Of a stretch of 64,000 nt of DNA, positions 15,316 through 24,996 are shown piece by piece. The notes beneath the pieces were generated by a model. The model saw nothing but the letters and a program-made list of their open reading frames with translations, was not told the origin of the DNA and did not search any database. Numbering within the stretch: the stretch's first letter is position 1; each line of letters opens with the position of its first letter. The DNA lies in the NCBI GenBank assembly GCA_030698395.1, contig JAUYKW010000018.1, forward strand, positions 44,726-108,725, read 5' to 3'. The position numbers and the translations under genes were made by a program. The stretch is from a bacterium (GTDB lineage: Bacteria; Patescibacteriota; Patescibacteriia; UBA9570).

Positions 15316-16296
15316 ATGAAAAAACGTATATTATCAGGAGTACAACCAACTGGAGCATTACATTTAGGTAATTATATTGGTGCTTTAAGACAATGGGTTG
15401 ATCTACAGCATGAAACAGATGCATATTTTTGTATCGTTGATTATCATGCTATTACCGTGAAACAGGATACTCAGGAATTGTATGATAATATTCATTCATT
15501 AGCAGCCATGTATGTGGCAGTAGGTTTAGATCCATCAAAAGTTACTTTATTCAAGCAATCTGATGTGTCGGCTCATACTGAGTTGGCATGGATTTTGAAT
15601 AATTTCACTCACATGGGAGAGCTACAGCGTATGACGCAGTATAAGGATAAAGCAAAGGGAAACGGTAAACAAACTGTTGGCCTGTTTACATATCCAGTAT
15701 TAATGGCAGCAGATATTTTGTTGTACCAACCGCACATGGTTCCAGTGGGTGAAGATCAAAAGCAACATGTTGAATTGACTAGGAATATAGCTCAGAGATT
15801 TAATAATAGATTTAGCGAAACTTTTCGTGTACCAGATGTAATGCATCCAAAAGACGGAGCAAGAATTATGAGTTTGGATGATCCTAATACCAAGATGAGC
15901 AAAACGGGATCTTCTCAGTGGGGATACATTGCTCTAAGTGATGCTCCAGATGTAGTGATGAAAAAAATTAAGAAGGCAGTAACTGATTCAGGTAGTACGA
16001 TAGAAGCATCTGCTGATAAACCAGCATTAACAAATTTATTAGTTATATATTCAGCAGTTTCCGGAAAAACAGTTGGTGAGTTAGAAGAATTGTATCATGG
16101 TCAGGGTTATGGAAAATTTAAGAAAGAATTAGGTGAAGCTATAGTTACTTGGTTAGAGCCGATTCAAGAACGATATCACGAGTTAATACAGAATTATGAT
16201 GAGTTACAGGCAATTCTTAAACAAGGTCAGGAACGAGCCTCAGTTGTAGCGCAGGTCACCTTGGATGATGTAAAAACAAAGATCGGAGTTATTTAG
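15316..16296 (+). CDS. trpS: Tryptophan--tRNA ligase
   Basis: Class I signatures GVQPTGALHLGNY and KMSKT. The size (326 aa) is typical of TrpRS. Confidence 0.9.
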   Translation: MKKRILSGVQPTGALHLGNYIGALRQWVDLQHETDAYFCIVDYHAITVKQDTQELYDNIHSLAAMYVAVGLDPSKVTLFKQSDVSAHTELAWILNNFTHMGELQRMTQYKDKAKGNGKQTVGLFTYPVLMAADILLYQPHMVPVGEDQKQHVELTRNIAQRFNNRFSETFRVPDVMHPKDGARIMSLDDPNTKMSKTGSSQWGYIALSDAPDVVMKKIKKAVTDSGSTIEASADKPALTNLLVIYSAVSGKTVGELEELYHGQGYGKFKKELGEAIVTWLEPIQERYHELIQNYDELQAILKQGQERASVVAQVTLDDVKTKIGVI

Positions 16297-16297
16297 T

Positions 16298-17575
16298 ATG
16301 ATTTTAATTTTGGGATTAGGTAGCTATCCCCAAGGCAGTGGCACATCAGCTGCATTATTTTTAGCTAAACAAGGGCATGAACTTGTAGTGACTGACTTAA
16401 AAACAGCTAATCAACTTCATCAACCAACTTTACGTAAGTTGAAAGCATTTTCTAATGTTACATTAGTATTAAGAAAACATCGCAAGCAGGACATTAAGCG
16501 AGCAAAATTAATTGTCAGAAATCCTGGTGTACCAGATTGGTCACCTTTTATTGAATATGCTCATCAATTAAAGAAGCCTATTACAAATGATGTGGGATTA
16601 TTCCTGGATGCTTTACGAGAAAGGTACTCACATGCAGAGGTTCCTGTAATTGGTATAACTGGTACCAGAGGCAAGAGTACAACTACTGCGATTATGGGTG
16701 ATGTGTTTAAAACTCATTTTGGAGAGCAGACTATTCATGTTGGTGGAAATATTGGAAAATCCCCATTAACTTTTTTGCATCATATTAAGTCTAGACATAT
16801 TGTGATATTAGAATTATCTAGTTGGCTTTTACATGATTTGCACAAACCTAGATTTACGGTAACAGTGATGACAAATCTTTTGCGTGATCATATGAATTAT
16901 TATCCATCCATGACTTTGTATCGCAAAGATAAAGAAAGAATTTTTTTAGGCCAAACTGCTGATGAATATGCGATTGTTAATCAGGATGACGTGATAGTAC
17001 AAAAAATGGCCAAGCATACTAAAGCATCAGTAATAAGTTTTCAAAAGGAGCGAGTGGCTGGCATGAAGTTATTGGGAGAGCATAATCAATATAATATTGG
17101 CGCTGCAATTGAAGTAGCGAAACTATTTAATATTCCAACAACTACAATTGAGAGAGTTATTAAGAATTTTTCTGGAATAGCTAATCGGTTAGAACAAATC
17201 AGAGTATATAAAAAACGAGAATTCTATAATGATACGACTGCAACTACTCCAGATGCAACTATAGCGGCATTAAGATCGTTCAAGAAAAAGGTTATTCTAA
17301 TTGCGGGCGGTAACACCAAACGATTATCCTTGAAAGATTTAAATAAGGAGATCGTTGGCGGAGTAAAGAGTTTAATTTTACTTCCAGGAAATGCAACAAA
17401 TCAATTTCCAGCTGGTATTGAGGTAGCAACTATGAAACAAGCTGTACATACTGCGTGGAATTTATCAAAACAAGGAGATATTATTTTATTATCTCCGGGT
17501 GTAACTTGGTTACCAAAAATGAACGAGTTTGAGCGTGGCAAGCTATTCGTTCGTGAGGTTAAAAGATTAAAATAA
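16298..17575 (+). CDS. murD: UDP-N-acetylmuramoyl-L-alanine--D-glutamate ligase (MurD-like Mur ligase)
   Basis: P-loop GITGTRGKSTT, Mur ligase middle and C-terminal domains, and a Rossmann-like N-terminus. It is convergent with murI. Confidence 0.7.
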   Translation: MILILGLGSYPQGSGTSAALFLAKQGHELVVTDLKTANQLHQPTLRKLKAFSNVTLVLRKHRKQDIKRAKLIVRNPGVPDWSPFIEYAHQLKKPITNDVGLFLDALRERYSHAEVPVIGITGTRGKSTTTAIMGDVFKTHFGEQTIHVGGNIGKSPLTFLHHIKSRHIVILELSSWLLHDLHKPRFTVTVMTNLLRDHMNYYPSMTLYRKDKERIFLGQTADEYAIVNQDDVIVQKMAKHTKASVISFQKERVAGMKLLGEHNQYNIGAAIEVAKLFNIPTTTIERVIKNFSGIANRLEQIRVYKKREFYNDTTATTPDATIAALRSFKKKVILIAGGNTKRLSLKDLNKEIVGGVKSLILLPGNATNQFPAGIEVATMKQAVHTAWNLSKQGDIILLSPGVTWLPKMNEFERGKLFVREVKRLK

Positions 17576-17576
17576 T

Positions 17577-18320
17577 TTAGGCAACTGGTAGATGAGTGTG
17601 TTTTTCTACTTCACGTAGAAAAGATTTCTTATCGCCACTACATTCAAAAATGTATTTTGGTTCTGTTTGAGGATCTTCAAGTTTTTCTTTGCGCATTATT
17701 CGTAGTACATGCCTAGTCACAGCTTCATTGGAATCAAGAATGATGACGTCTGGTCCAAATTTATTTTGCAATTTTCCTTTTATTAAAGTGTAATGCGTGC
17801 AACCAAGAATTAATACATCTGCTGTTTTGGCATCTATAGTACATTTATTTAACAATTCATCTTGTTTCGCATCATCTCCGTACTCAACGGCGTCAGCTAA
17901 GCCACTGCAAGAAACTTTTATAATTTCGCAGTTTCCTGCAAAGCGACCAATTAGTTCTGAAATATATTTAGCTGATACTGTTGATGTTGTTGCTAGTAAA
18001 GCAATTTTTTTGGTTTGAGAAATATGAGCTGCTGTTTTAATAACTGGAACAACCGCGATAATTGGTATTTTAATATTTTCGCGATAATACGCTAGATCAT
18101 TTACCGAAGCAGTATTACAAGCGATCACTAGTAAGGAACATTTCTTTTCTAATTTTTTTAAACCAGCTAGAGTGATTTTTCTAATTTCTTCCATGCTACG
18201 ATCACCGAATGGAAAATATTTAGTATCACCAAAATAGAAGATACTTTCTTGAGGAAGTACTTGAATAATGGTATTAAATATACCTAGTCCGCCAATACCT
18301 GAATCGTAAATTCCTATCAT
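17577..18320 (-). CDS. murI: Glutamate racemase
   Basis: Motifs DSGIGGL, ACNTAS and GCTHY, with the two catalytic Cys. Confidence 0.9.
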   Translation of the reverse strand: MIGIYDSGIGGLGIFNTIIQVLPQESIFYFGDTKYFPFGDRSMEEIRKITLAGLKKLEKKCSLLVIACNTASVNDLAYYRENIKIPIIAVVPVIKTAAHISQTKKIALLATTSTVSAKYISELIGRFAGNCEIIKVSCSGLADAVEYGDDAKQDELLNKCTIDAKTADVLILGCTHYTLIKGKLQNKFGPDVIILDSNEAVTRHVLRIMRKEKLEDPQTEPKYIFECSGDKKSFLREVEKHTHLPVA

Positions 18321-18330
18321 GTGTTTATTA

Positions 18331-19167
18331 TTAGGGCACGCGATTGAATAAAATAGCTGATATTGTAATCAGTACTACGGAGAATATTACCAGAATTCCT
18401 ATATCTATCAATACTGTTGGATATATATTGAATACAGAGAACGATAATTTATTAATGGCATCTATGGGAATGTCTTGATTTATCAGTACTATTCTGCGCA
18501 TGCCATCAACTGCATAACTAGCAGGATTTAGCTTTACTAGCGGATTCATCCAAGCTGGAACTTGTCCTAATGGAAAAAGTGCGCCGGATAAGAAGAACAT
18601 GGGCATGTTTACGAAGTTTACTACATATTGAAAAGCTTCTTGATTATCGAAGAATGAAACCATTACCATACCAATTGATGTGAGAGCGAATGCTACTAGC
18701 CAAATCATCGGAATTAGCAGGACAACCATCGTAAGAGTAAGGTGAACGCCAATAAAGGGAGCAAGGATTAGAATTAGCGTACCTTGAATTGCTGAAGTTG
18801 AGGCTGCACCTAATGCTCTGCCAATTACTATTGTAGAACGGGGGACTGGAGCTACTAAAATTTCTTTTAGAAAACCAAATTCTTTATCTTTAACGGTGCT
18901 CAGGGCAGAAAAAATTGCATTGAAAATTAAACTCATAGCGATAACTCCAGGGAAGATGAATTGTATATAATCAACGCCACTACCATTTGTCATGCTTTGG
19001 CTAGATCCACTTAATGACGATGCCATGCCACCACCAAAAATGAACAGCCATAGCATGGGCATAGTTAAACCTACTAACGCTCTAATTCTATTACGCCAAT
19101 AATGTAACAAATCTCTTTTCCAAAGAATTAGCGCTACGTTGGTATATTTTTTAACAGTATTCATCAT
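18331..19167 (-). CDS. ABC-2 type exporter permease
   Basis: 278 aa, six predicted TM segments, ABC-2 family layout. It lies directly downstream of the ATPase gene. Confidence 0.7.
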   Translation of the reverse strand: MMNTVKKYTNVALILWKRDLLHYWRNRIRALVGLTMPMLWLFIFGGGMASSLSGSSQSMTNGSGVDYIQFIFPGVIAMSLIFNAIFSALSTVKDKEFGFLKEILVAPVPRSTIVIGRALGAASTSAIQGTLILILAPFIGVHLTLTMVVLLIPMIWLVAFALTSIGMVMVSFFDNQEAFQYVVNFVNMPMFFLSGALFPLGQVPAWMNPLVKLNPASYAVDGMRRIVLINQDIPIDAINKLSFSVFNIYPTVLIDIGILVIFSVVLITISAILFNRVP

Positions 19168-19172
19168 ATTTT

Positions 19173-19985
19173 TTAGTGTGCAGGACCAGTTGGTCTTTGA
19201 GATCGTTGGCGGTTTTCTCCACTTAACTCATCATCTCGGATACCATGGCCGGTTGCTTCTAGAAACACCTGATTCATTGTTGGTACATTATATTTATCTT
19301 TTAGTTTAGCAGGAGTATCAAGATCAATTATTTTCCCTGAATCAATAATGGCAATGCGATCGCAATTTTCAACTTCATCAAGATAGTGAGTTGTAAGAAA
19401 AATTGTCATTTTATGTTCCCGCCGAACTTTATTAATATACTGCCAGATGTGTTCACGTGTTTGCGGATCTAGACCTAGAGTTGGTTCATCAAGAAATAAC
19501 ACTTCCGGAAAATGCATTAAACCGCGAGCGATCTCCAAGCGACGTTTCATACCTCCAGAAAATTGTTCAACAACAGAATGCGCCCTATCATCTAATTCAA
19601 CCATTTTGAGTAAGTGCGTTATTTGTTCTTTTCTTTGTTCTTTCGACATGCCATATAAAGTTCCGTGAAAATTCAAGTTTTCATATGCAGTGAGTTTTAT
19701 ATCTAATGTAGTATCTTGAAAAATGATACCAACCTTTTTTCTTACTTCATCTCTTTCTTTTATAATGTCATGGCCAGCAACTTTAGCACTTCCACCTGTA
19801 GGATTTAGCAAAGTTGTTAGCATCGAAATAGTTACACTTTTTCCAGCTCCGTTTGGACCAAGAAAGCCAAATAGTTCTCCAGGATTTACAGAAAATGAGA
19901 TACCATCTACTGCTTTTAGTATTTTGGCATTTTTCCCTTTAATCTTAAAAGTACGAGATAAATTCTCAACTTGTATAGTAGACAC
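19173..19985 (-). CDS. ABC transporter ATP-binding protein (DrrA/ABC-2 type)
   Basis: Walker A GPNGAGKS, signature SGGMKRRLEIA and Walker B LFLDEPTLGLD. Confidence 0.85.
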   Translation of the reverse strand: MSTIQVENLSRTFKIKGKNAKILKAVDGISFSVNPGELFGFLGPNGAGKSVTISMLTTLLNPTGGSAKVAGHDIIKERDEVRKKVGIIFQDTTLDIKLTAYENLNFHGTLYGMSKEQRKEQITHLLKMVELDDRAHSVVEQFSGGMKRRLEIARGLMHFPEVLFLDEPTLGLDPQTREHIWQYINKVRREHKMTIFLTTHYLDEVENCDRIAIIDSGKIIDLDTPAKLKDKYNVPTMNQVFLEATGHGIRDDELSGENRQRSQRPTGPAH

Positions 19986-19989
19986 GATA

Positions 19990-21537
19990 CTATTGTTTAT
20001 CAGTGATAATTAAATTTTTCCCAGTCATTTCTACTGGTGGTTCTTCTCCTAACAGATAAAGTATAGTTGATGCACAATCTTGGAGTGTTCCATTGTCGCG
20101 TAATTTTGAATGTCTATTTTCTTCGTCTACCAAAATGAATGGAACAAACGAATCTGTATGGAAGGTATGTGGGCAATCCCATTCTTCATCCCACATAAGT
20201 TCGGCATCACCATGATCTGCTGTAATGATAATGACACCATTATGTTTGCGAATTTCAGTATATATTTCTGCTAGTGCCATATCAATTGCTTGTACGCCAA
20301 GGATAGCTGCATCTTTGTTTCCAGTATGTCCTAACATATCAGCATTTGGGAAGTTCATAAAGTAAGTATCAAAAGCCTGTGCTTGTAAATGCTTCACTGC
20401 TTCCTTCGCAATGTTAGCTGCTTGCATTTCTGGCTTTAAATCGTAAGTAGCAACTTTGTCGGATGGAATTAATATTCGTTCTTCACCAGCAAATGGATTT
20501 TCTCGCATAACATTGAATATTTTTGTCATGTATACCCACTTTTCTGTTTCGGTTAATCTTAATTGACTGTATTTACGATCACTTAACACTTCTCCCAAAA
20601 TATTTTTTACTTCTAGTTCAGTTCTTTCTAAGGCAGTAGGTGTTTTCATGTCTGCATAATATTTACTCATGCCAACATAATGTATCTTTGGCCAGTTGCG
20701 TCGTTCAAAATGTTCAAAATCATCTTCAATGAGAGCTTTGGTTATCTCAATTTCTCTATCAACACGAAAATTAAAATTAATAACTACATCATTTTCTTGA
20801 ATTGTGCCAGCTGGATCAATTAGTGTTGGTTGGATGAACTCATCAGTTTCACCTCGGCTATATGCATCGCTAATACCCATGTGAATATTTTGAGCTTCTT
20901 GCAATCCTTCACCTAAGACCAGTAGTTTGTAGGCAGCTTCTATTCTTTCCCAACGATTATCACGATCCATTACCCACCAACGTCCTTGGAGGGAAGCGAT
21001 GGTACCTACACCGGCTGTAGCTATTTTATTTTCTAGCTTGTGAGCAAATTTTGAAACTGATTTTGGTGGTACATCTCTACCATCACTAATTACATGTACA
21101 AAGACATTTGCGATATCATATTCCTTCGCGATGTCTAATAATTCATGACAAGCTCTATCATACGTGTGCACGCCACCATCCGATAATAATCCCATTAGAT
21201 GTAAACGGCCATTACCTTGAGAGGCTTTGGTCATAGCTTCTACGATTGCTGTATTTTTACGCAGACCTCCGCTTTCAATTGCACTCAATAGTTGCATTTG
21301 AGGTAATAGTAAATTTCGTCCAGCACCCATAATGAGGTGTCCCATTTCAGTTGAGCCCGGATGTCCATTTGGTAATCCAATATGTGGACCAGCTGCACCA
21401 ATTGGTTTATTAGGATAGTTTGCGAGGAAGAAATCAATTTGCGGTGTATCTGCTAAAAAAATTGCATTATGTGCATCATCAGTACCAATGCCCCAGCCAT
21501 CTAGGACAATAAACATTATTGGTCGCTTTGCTTTCAT
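19990..21537 (-). CDS. gpmI: 2,3-bisphosphoglycerate-independent phosphoglycerate mutase
   Basis: N-terminal IVLDGWG, phosphoserine region, and C-terminal ADHGDAE metal site. 515 aa. Confidence 0.85.
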   Translation of the reverse strand: MKAKRPIMFIVLDGWGIGTDDAHNAIFLADTPQIDFFLANYPNKPIGAAGPHIGLPNGHPGSTEMGHLIMGAGRNLLLPQMQLLSAIESGGLRKNTAIVEAMTKASQGNGRLHLMGLLSDGGVHTYDRACHELLDIAKEYDIANVFVHVISDGRDVPPKSVSKFAHKLENKIATAGVGTIASLQGRWWVMDRDNRWERIEAAYKLLVLGEGLQEAQNIHMGISDAYSRGETDEFIQPTLIDPAGTIQENDVVINFNFRVDREIEITKALIEDDFEHFERRNWPKIHYVGMSKYYADMKTPTALERTELEVKNILGEVLSDRKYSQLRLTETEKWVYMTKIFNVMRENPFAGEERILIPSDKVATYDLKPEMQAANIAKEAVKHLQAQAFDTYFMNFPNADMLGHTGNKDAAILGVQAIDMALAEIYTEIRKHNGVIIITADHGDAELMWDEEWDCPHTFHTDSFVPFILVDEENRHSKLRDNGTLQDCASTILYLLGEEPPVEMTGKNLIITDKQ

Positions 21538-22910
21538 GAATCTTTTCTAATGATTGCTAAAATTTCATCTGTTTTAGCTCGCATGGTTTCTTCGTTGATA
21601 GATTCTAAATTTAGTCGTAATACAGATTCGGTGTTAGATGGTCTAACGTTGAACCAATAATCTTCATATTCAACCGTGATGCCATCTAGTTTAGATATAC
21701 TTTTGGCATCTGCTTCATAAATTTCTAAAAGTTTATTCATTATGCCCTCTTTATCTTTAACTGCAGAATTAATCTCTCCAGAATGAGCATATTTTCTGTA
21801 TGGTCGAACCTGATCTGCTACTGATTCTTCTTTACGGCTAAAGAATTTAAGAAGCATCATTGCTACAATAACAGGTGTTTCAAATACACCGAGTTCTGTA
21901 CGCATAAAAAAGTGTCCAGATGATTCGCCAGCAAATGCAGCCCCTTCTTTAATGGCTTGATCTTTAATAAAAGAATGACCAACCTTTGTAACAGATGGCT
22001 TTCCTCCGGCTGCTTCTATCATATCGCGAGTGATACGACCGGGTCGGATATCATAACAAATAGTAGAATTTGGTTCGCGTTCTAGCACTAGTTTTGCAAC
22101 CAATCCTCGAATGATAGCTGGTTCAATCATATTCCCTTCATTATCGATAAAGAATATTCTATCACCGTCTCCATCTGTTGCAATTCCTAAATCTGCACCT
22201 TCCTCAACTACACGTTTCATTAAGTCTTGATTATTTTCTTCTTTGAATGGATCTGCTTCATGCGCCGGCATATTACCATCGAGCTCAAAATTCATTTCAA
22301 TAAGTTCACATGGTAGGTGAGAGAACATGGCTCGAACATATGTACTTCCCATTGCATTTGCACAATCAGCAACAATCTTAAATGGGCGAATTCCTTCAGT
22401 ACCAACCCAATCAACTTCGAATTTTGTATGTTCTTCTACAATGCCACTTTGTTCTTCAACGTTGCCACCAGCAGTTGGTGCAGCGAAGTTATCAGCAATT
22501 ACTGTATCTCTGATCTCAGCAATACCATTTTCCATGCTTACAGGCTTTACTCCGGCACGCACAAATTTTAAACCATTAAATTCTTTTGGATTATGTGATG
22601 CAGTTACCATGATGCCACCATCGTAGGCATACTTTGCCACAGCATAATAAAAAGCTGGCGTAGATACGATGCCAACGTGCATAACGTGTAAGCCCTCATC
22701 AGTAAGCCCAGCTATTACTTGATCTTTAAGTGACGGTGATGACAAACGCATATCTTCACCTACTGCAACTGTAAGTAGTTTACCTGCGTTTTCTTTTTTT
22801 AAAAGCTGCGCATATGCTCGAGCAGTTTTATATGTAACTTCTTCGGTTAGTTCAGATCCGTAAATTCCACGAATGTCGTATGCTTTATAAATGTTACTTG
22901 CTACTTCCAT
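21534..22910 (-). CDS. Phosphomannomutase/phosphoglucomutase (alpha-D-phosphohexomutase)
   Basis: Active-site TASHNPKEFNG, metal loop GIATDGDGDR and sugar loop GESSGH. There is a 4-nt overlap with gpmI. Confidence 0.8.
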   Translation of the reverse strand: MEVASNIYKAYDIRGIYGSELTEEVTYKTARAYAQLLKKENAGKLLTVAVGEDMRLSSPSLKDQVIAGLTDEGLHVMHVGIVSTPAFYYAVAKYAYDGGIMVTASHNPKEFNGLKFVRAGVKPVSMENGIAEIRDTVIADNFAAPTAGGNVEEQSGIVEEHTKFEVDWVGTEGIRPFKIVADCANAMGSTYVRAMFSHLPCELIEMNFELDGNMPAHEADPFKEENNQDLMKRVVEEGADLGIATDGDGDRIFFIDNEGNMIEPAIIRGLVAKLVLEREPNSTICYDIRPGRITRDMIEAAGGKPSVTKVGHSFIKDQAIKEGAAFAGESSGHFFMRTELGVFETPVIVAMMLLKFFSRKEESVADQVRPYRKYAHSGEINSAVKDKEGIMNKLLEIYEADAKSISKLDGITVEYEDYWFNVRPSNTESVLRLNLESINEETMRAKTDEILAIIRKDS

Positions 22911-24258
22911 ATTTTGATTTTAAAAATAAGACGATTGCTCCCGTAGCCCAAATAATGCCAAGTGCATTAACAAAAGTGCCAATAAAATTGTAAGGAAACG
23001 GAATGCTACCAAGAATTGTAGTTATTAAATAAAAAATAGTTATACCTACAACCATGGATAAATAAATATTTTTTTGCTTTGGTAATATTATTTTTCCAAT
23101 AGCTAATCCAACATAAATTTTTGCTAGAAATACTGTTGTTCCAAATATCAATACGCCAAGAATACTGAGGGGAATTCCAATTAAGGAAAAAAGCAACATA
23201 GCAATTATTAAAGGAACTATAACCACGTAACCAAAGCCCCAGGCAAAACAGATTCCAGCTTTAGATAGCATTAGTTTTTTTACGGCTAGTGATTTTTCTT
23301 TCAGTACTACTAAAACAACTACACCTAACATTATGTAACCGAGCAAGCTAATTATTTTCCTAAGAAAAAACCACACGGTAAAACGAGATTTTTGTTCTTT
23401 CGGTTCTACTAAGGGAGGTGAATATGATTCTGTACCATTTATATGTGCCGCCGGATCAATTGTTGCATGGTTTGCAGATGAATAAAGTACGTCCCCACTA
23501 ATTTTTGCAGTTTCATTTATTATTAGATTGTTTACACTTTGAAAATATACATCGTTACCAATAGTACCGTTGATAGTTGCATTACCTATACTGCCCGATA
23601 GCTTTCCATTAATAACTCCATTTAATGTTAAGTCTCCAGCTTGTATTATGGCATCACGACTAATAACTGCACCTTTTTTTAGGGTGACTTTTCCTGCAGC
23701 CACAGTAAGGCTTCTATTTATATCTTCATTGATAATTACATTGTTACCACCAACTCTAAGATCCCCATCTACTGGAGCATTGATAGTTACGTTGGCTCCA
23801 ACAGCCATTAAATCTCCATCAACTATTCCATTAATGGTTACATTGTTGCCGATTACAATTACGTCACTTTTAAAATGACCAGTAACATCGATTGTTTCGC
23901 TAGCTACAAAATAAACGTCTTCATATATCTTTAAAGTAGATATATTTGGTGTTTCATCTAAAAATGATGTAGTGTCAATATTTTTCTCTAGTTCTGGAAA
24001 TCCTGAATTAATAACTTCTTCCGAGGCAGGCTTGGCAAGTTGTGCAGCTAGTTGACCAGTAGCAGTTTCTTGGTCTGCGGAAAAATCATCTGTCAGTAGC
24101 GCTGCATCAGCTTTAGAGAACGAAAAAAACAGTACGCTTACAACGAGTACTGCTCCAAAGGTGAATAATAATGGGAGTGCTTCTCGAAACTCTTTCATTT
24201 TCATAACCGGTATACTATACAGAATTTGTTCGATTTTGGCAAGCACTAATAAGGCCAT
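22894..24258 (-). CDS. Membrane protein with a bactofilin-like (polymer-forming, beta-helix) repeat region and a C-terminal multi-TM domain
   Basis: Repeats NVTINGIVDGDL / NVTINAPVDGDL / LTLNGVINGKL / ATINGTIGNDV lie between an N-terminal TM helix and about 5 C-terminal TM helices. The start is uncertain (24258, 24204 or 24198). Confidence 0.55.
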   Translation of the reverse strand: MALLVLAKIEQILYSIPVMKMKEFREALPLLFTFGAVLVVSVLFFSFSKADAALLTDDFSADQETATGQLAAQLAKPASEEVINSGFPELEKNIDTTSFLDETPNISTLKIYEDVYFVASETIDVTGHFKSDVIVIGNNVTINGIVDGDLMAVGANVTINAPVDGDLRVGGNNVIINEDINRSLTVAAGKVTLKKGAVISRDAIIQAGDLTLNGVINGKLSGSIGNATINGTIGNDVYFQSVNNLIINETAKISGDVLYSSANHATIDPAAHINGTESYSPPLVEPKEQKSRFTVWFFLRKIISLLGYIMLGVVVLVVLKEKSLAVKKLMLSKAGICFAWGFGYVVIVPLIIAMLLFSLIGIPLSILGVLIFGTTVFLAKIYVGLAIGKIILPKQKNIYLSMVVGITIFYLITTILGSIPFPYNFIGTFVNALGIIWATGAIVLFLKSKYGSSK

Positions 24259-24300
24259 TTTTAGGGCTAAAAAAGCACCAATTCTAGCAATAAAATATGG

Positions 24301-24996
24301 TTATTTTTTCGCGATAGTGATGATGTTTCTACCTAACTTTTGATCAGTTTTTTCGTTATTTGTAGAGTAGAAGTTGTCAGCATTTTTCCATGATGCATCA
24401 TCTAGCAGTTCATTTAGTTCAGGAATTGTGAAACCATGATAATAACGTTCTGCTAACACTTCTCCTTGTTCGTTTTTCCAAGGAACGATTGCATCACCAT
24501 TTTCGAATTCATTTGGAACATTCGTAAAGTAGTCAGGTAATGCTGGTTGATATAAATTCCAGTTCATCATAAATAAAGAACCTCCCGGTTTAGTAACTCG
24601 GGACATTTCCTGTAAAGCTTGAAGACGATATTTTTTCGATGGAATGTGCTGTAAGCTTGCAATCGCGATAGTGACATTGAACTCCTCATTGGCAAAAGGA
24701 AGTTCCAGCATGGATCCTTGAACTAGTTTAATATCAGGGTATAATTTCTTACCTTCCGTGATTAGTTTTTTTGAGACATCAAGGCCAGTATAGTAACCCT
24801 TGATTTTTTCTATAATTTCCGCTAGTCTGCCATTGCCACAACCAACGTCCAATACTTGATCTTCCGGTTTTACTAACTTATGAAGTAGTTGAAATTCCGG
24901 CCAATCATGTTGACGAGTTTGAGAAAAGTGTGGCGCAATTAAATTATAATCACTTTCAACTTTTTTTATCAATTTTTGAGCAAATGAATCAAGCAT
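24301..24996 (-). CDS. Class I SAM-dependent methyltransferase
   Basis: Motif I VLDVGCGNGR and post-I/II motifs. 231 aa. Confidence 0.75.
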   Translation of the reverse strand: MLDSFAQKLIKKVESDYNLIAPHFSQTRQHDWPEFQLLHKLVKPEDQVLDVGCGNGRLAEIIEKIKGYYTGLDVSKKLITEGKKLYPDIKLVQGSMLELPFANEEFNVTIAIASLQHIPSKKYRLQALQEMSRVTKPGGSLFMMNWNLYQPALPDYFTNVPNEFENGDAIVPWKNEQGEVLAERYYHGFTIPELNELLDDASWKNADNFYSTNNEKTDQKLGRNIITIAKK

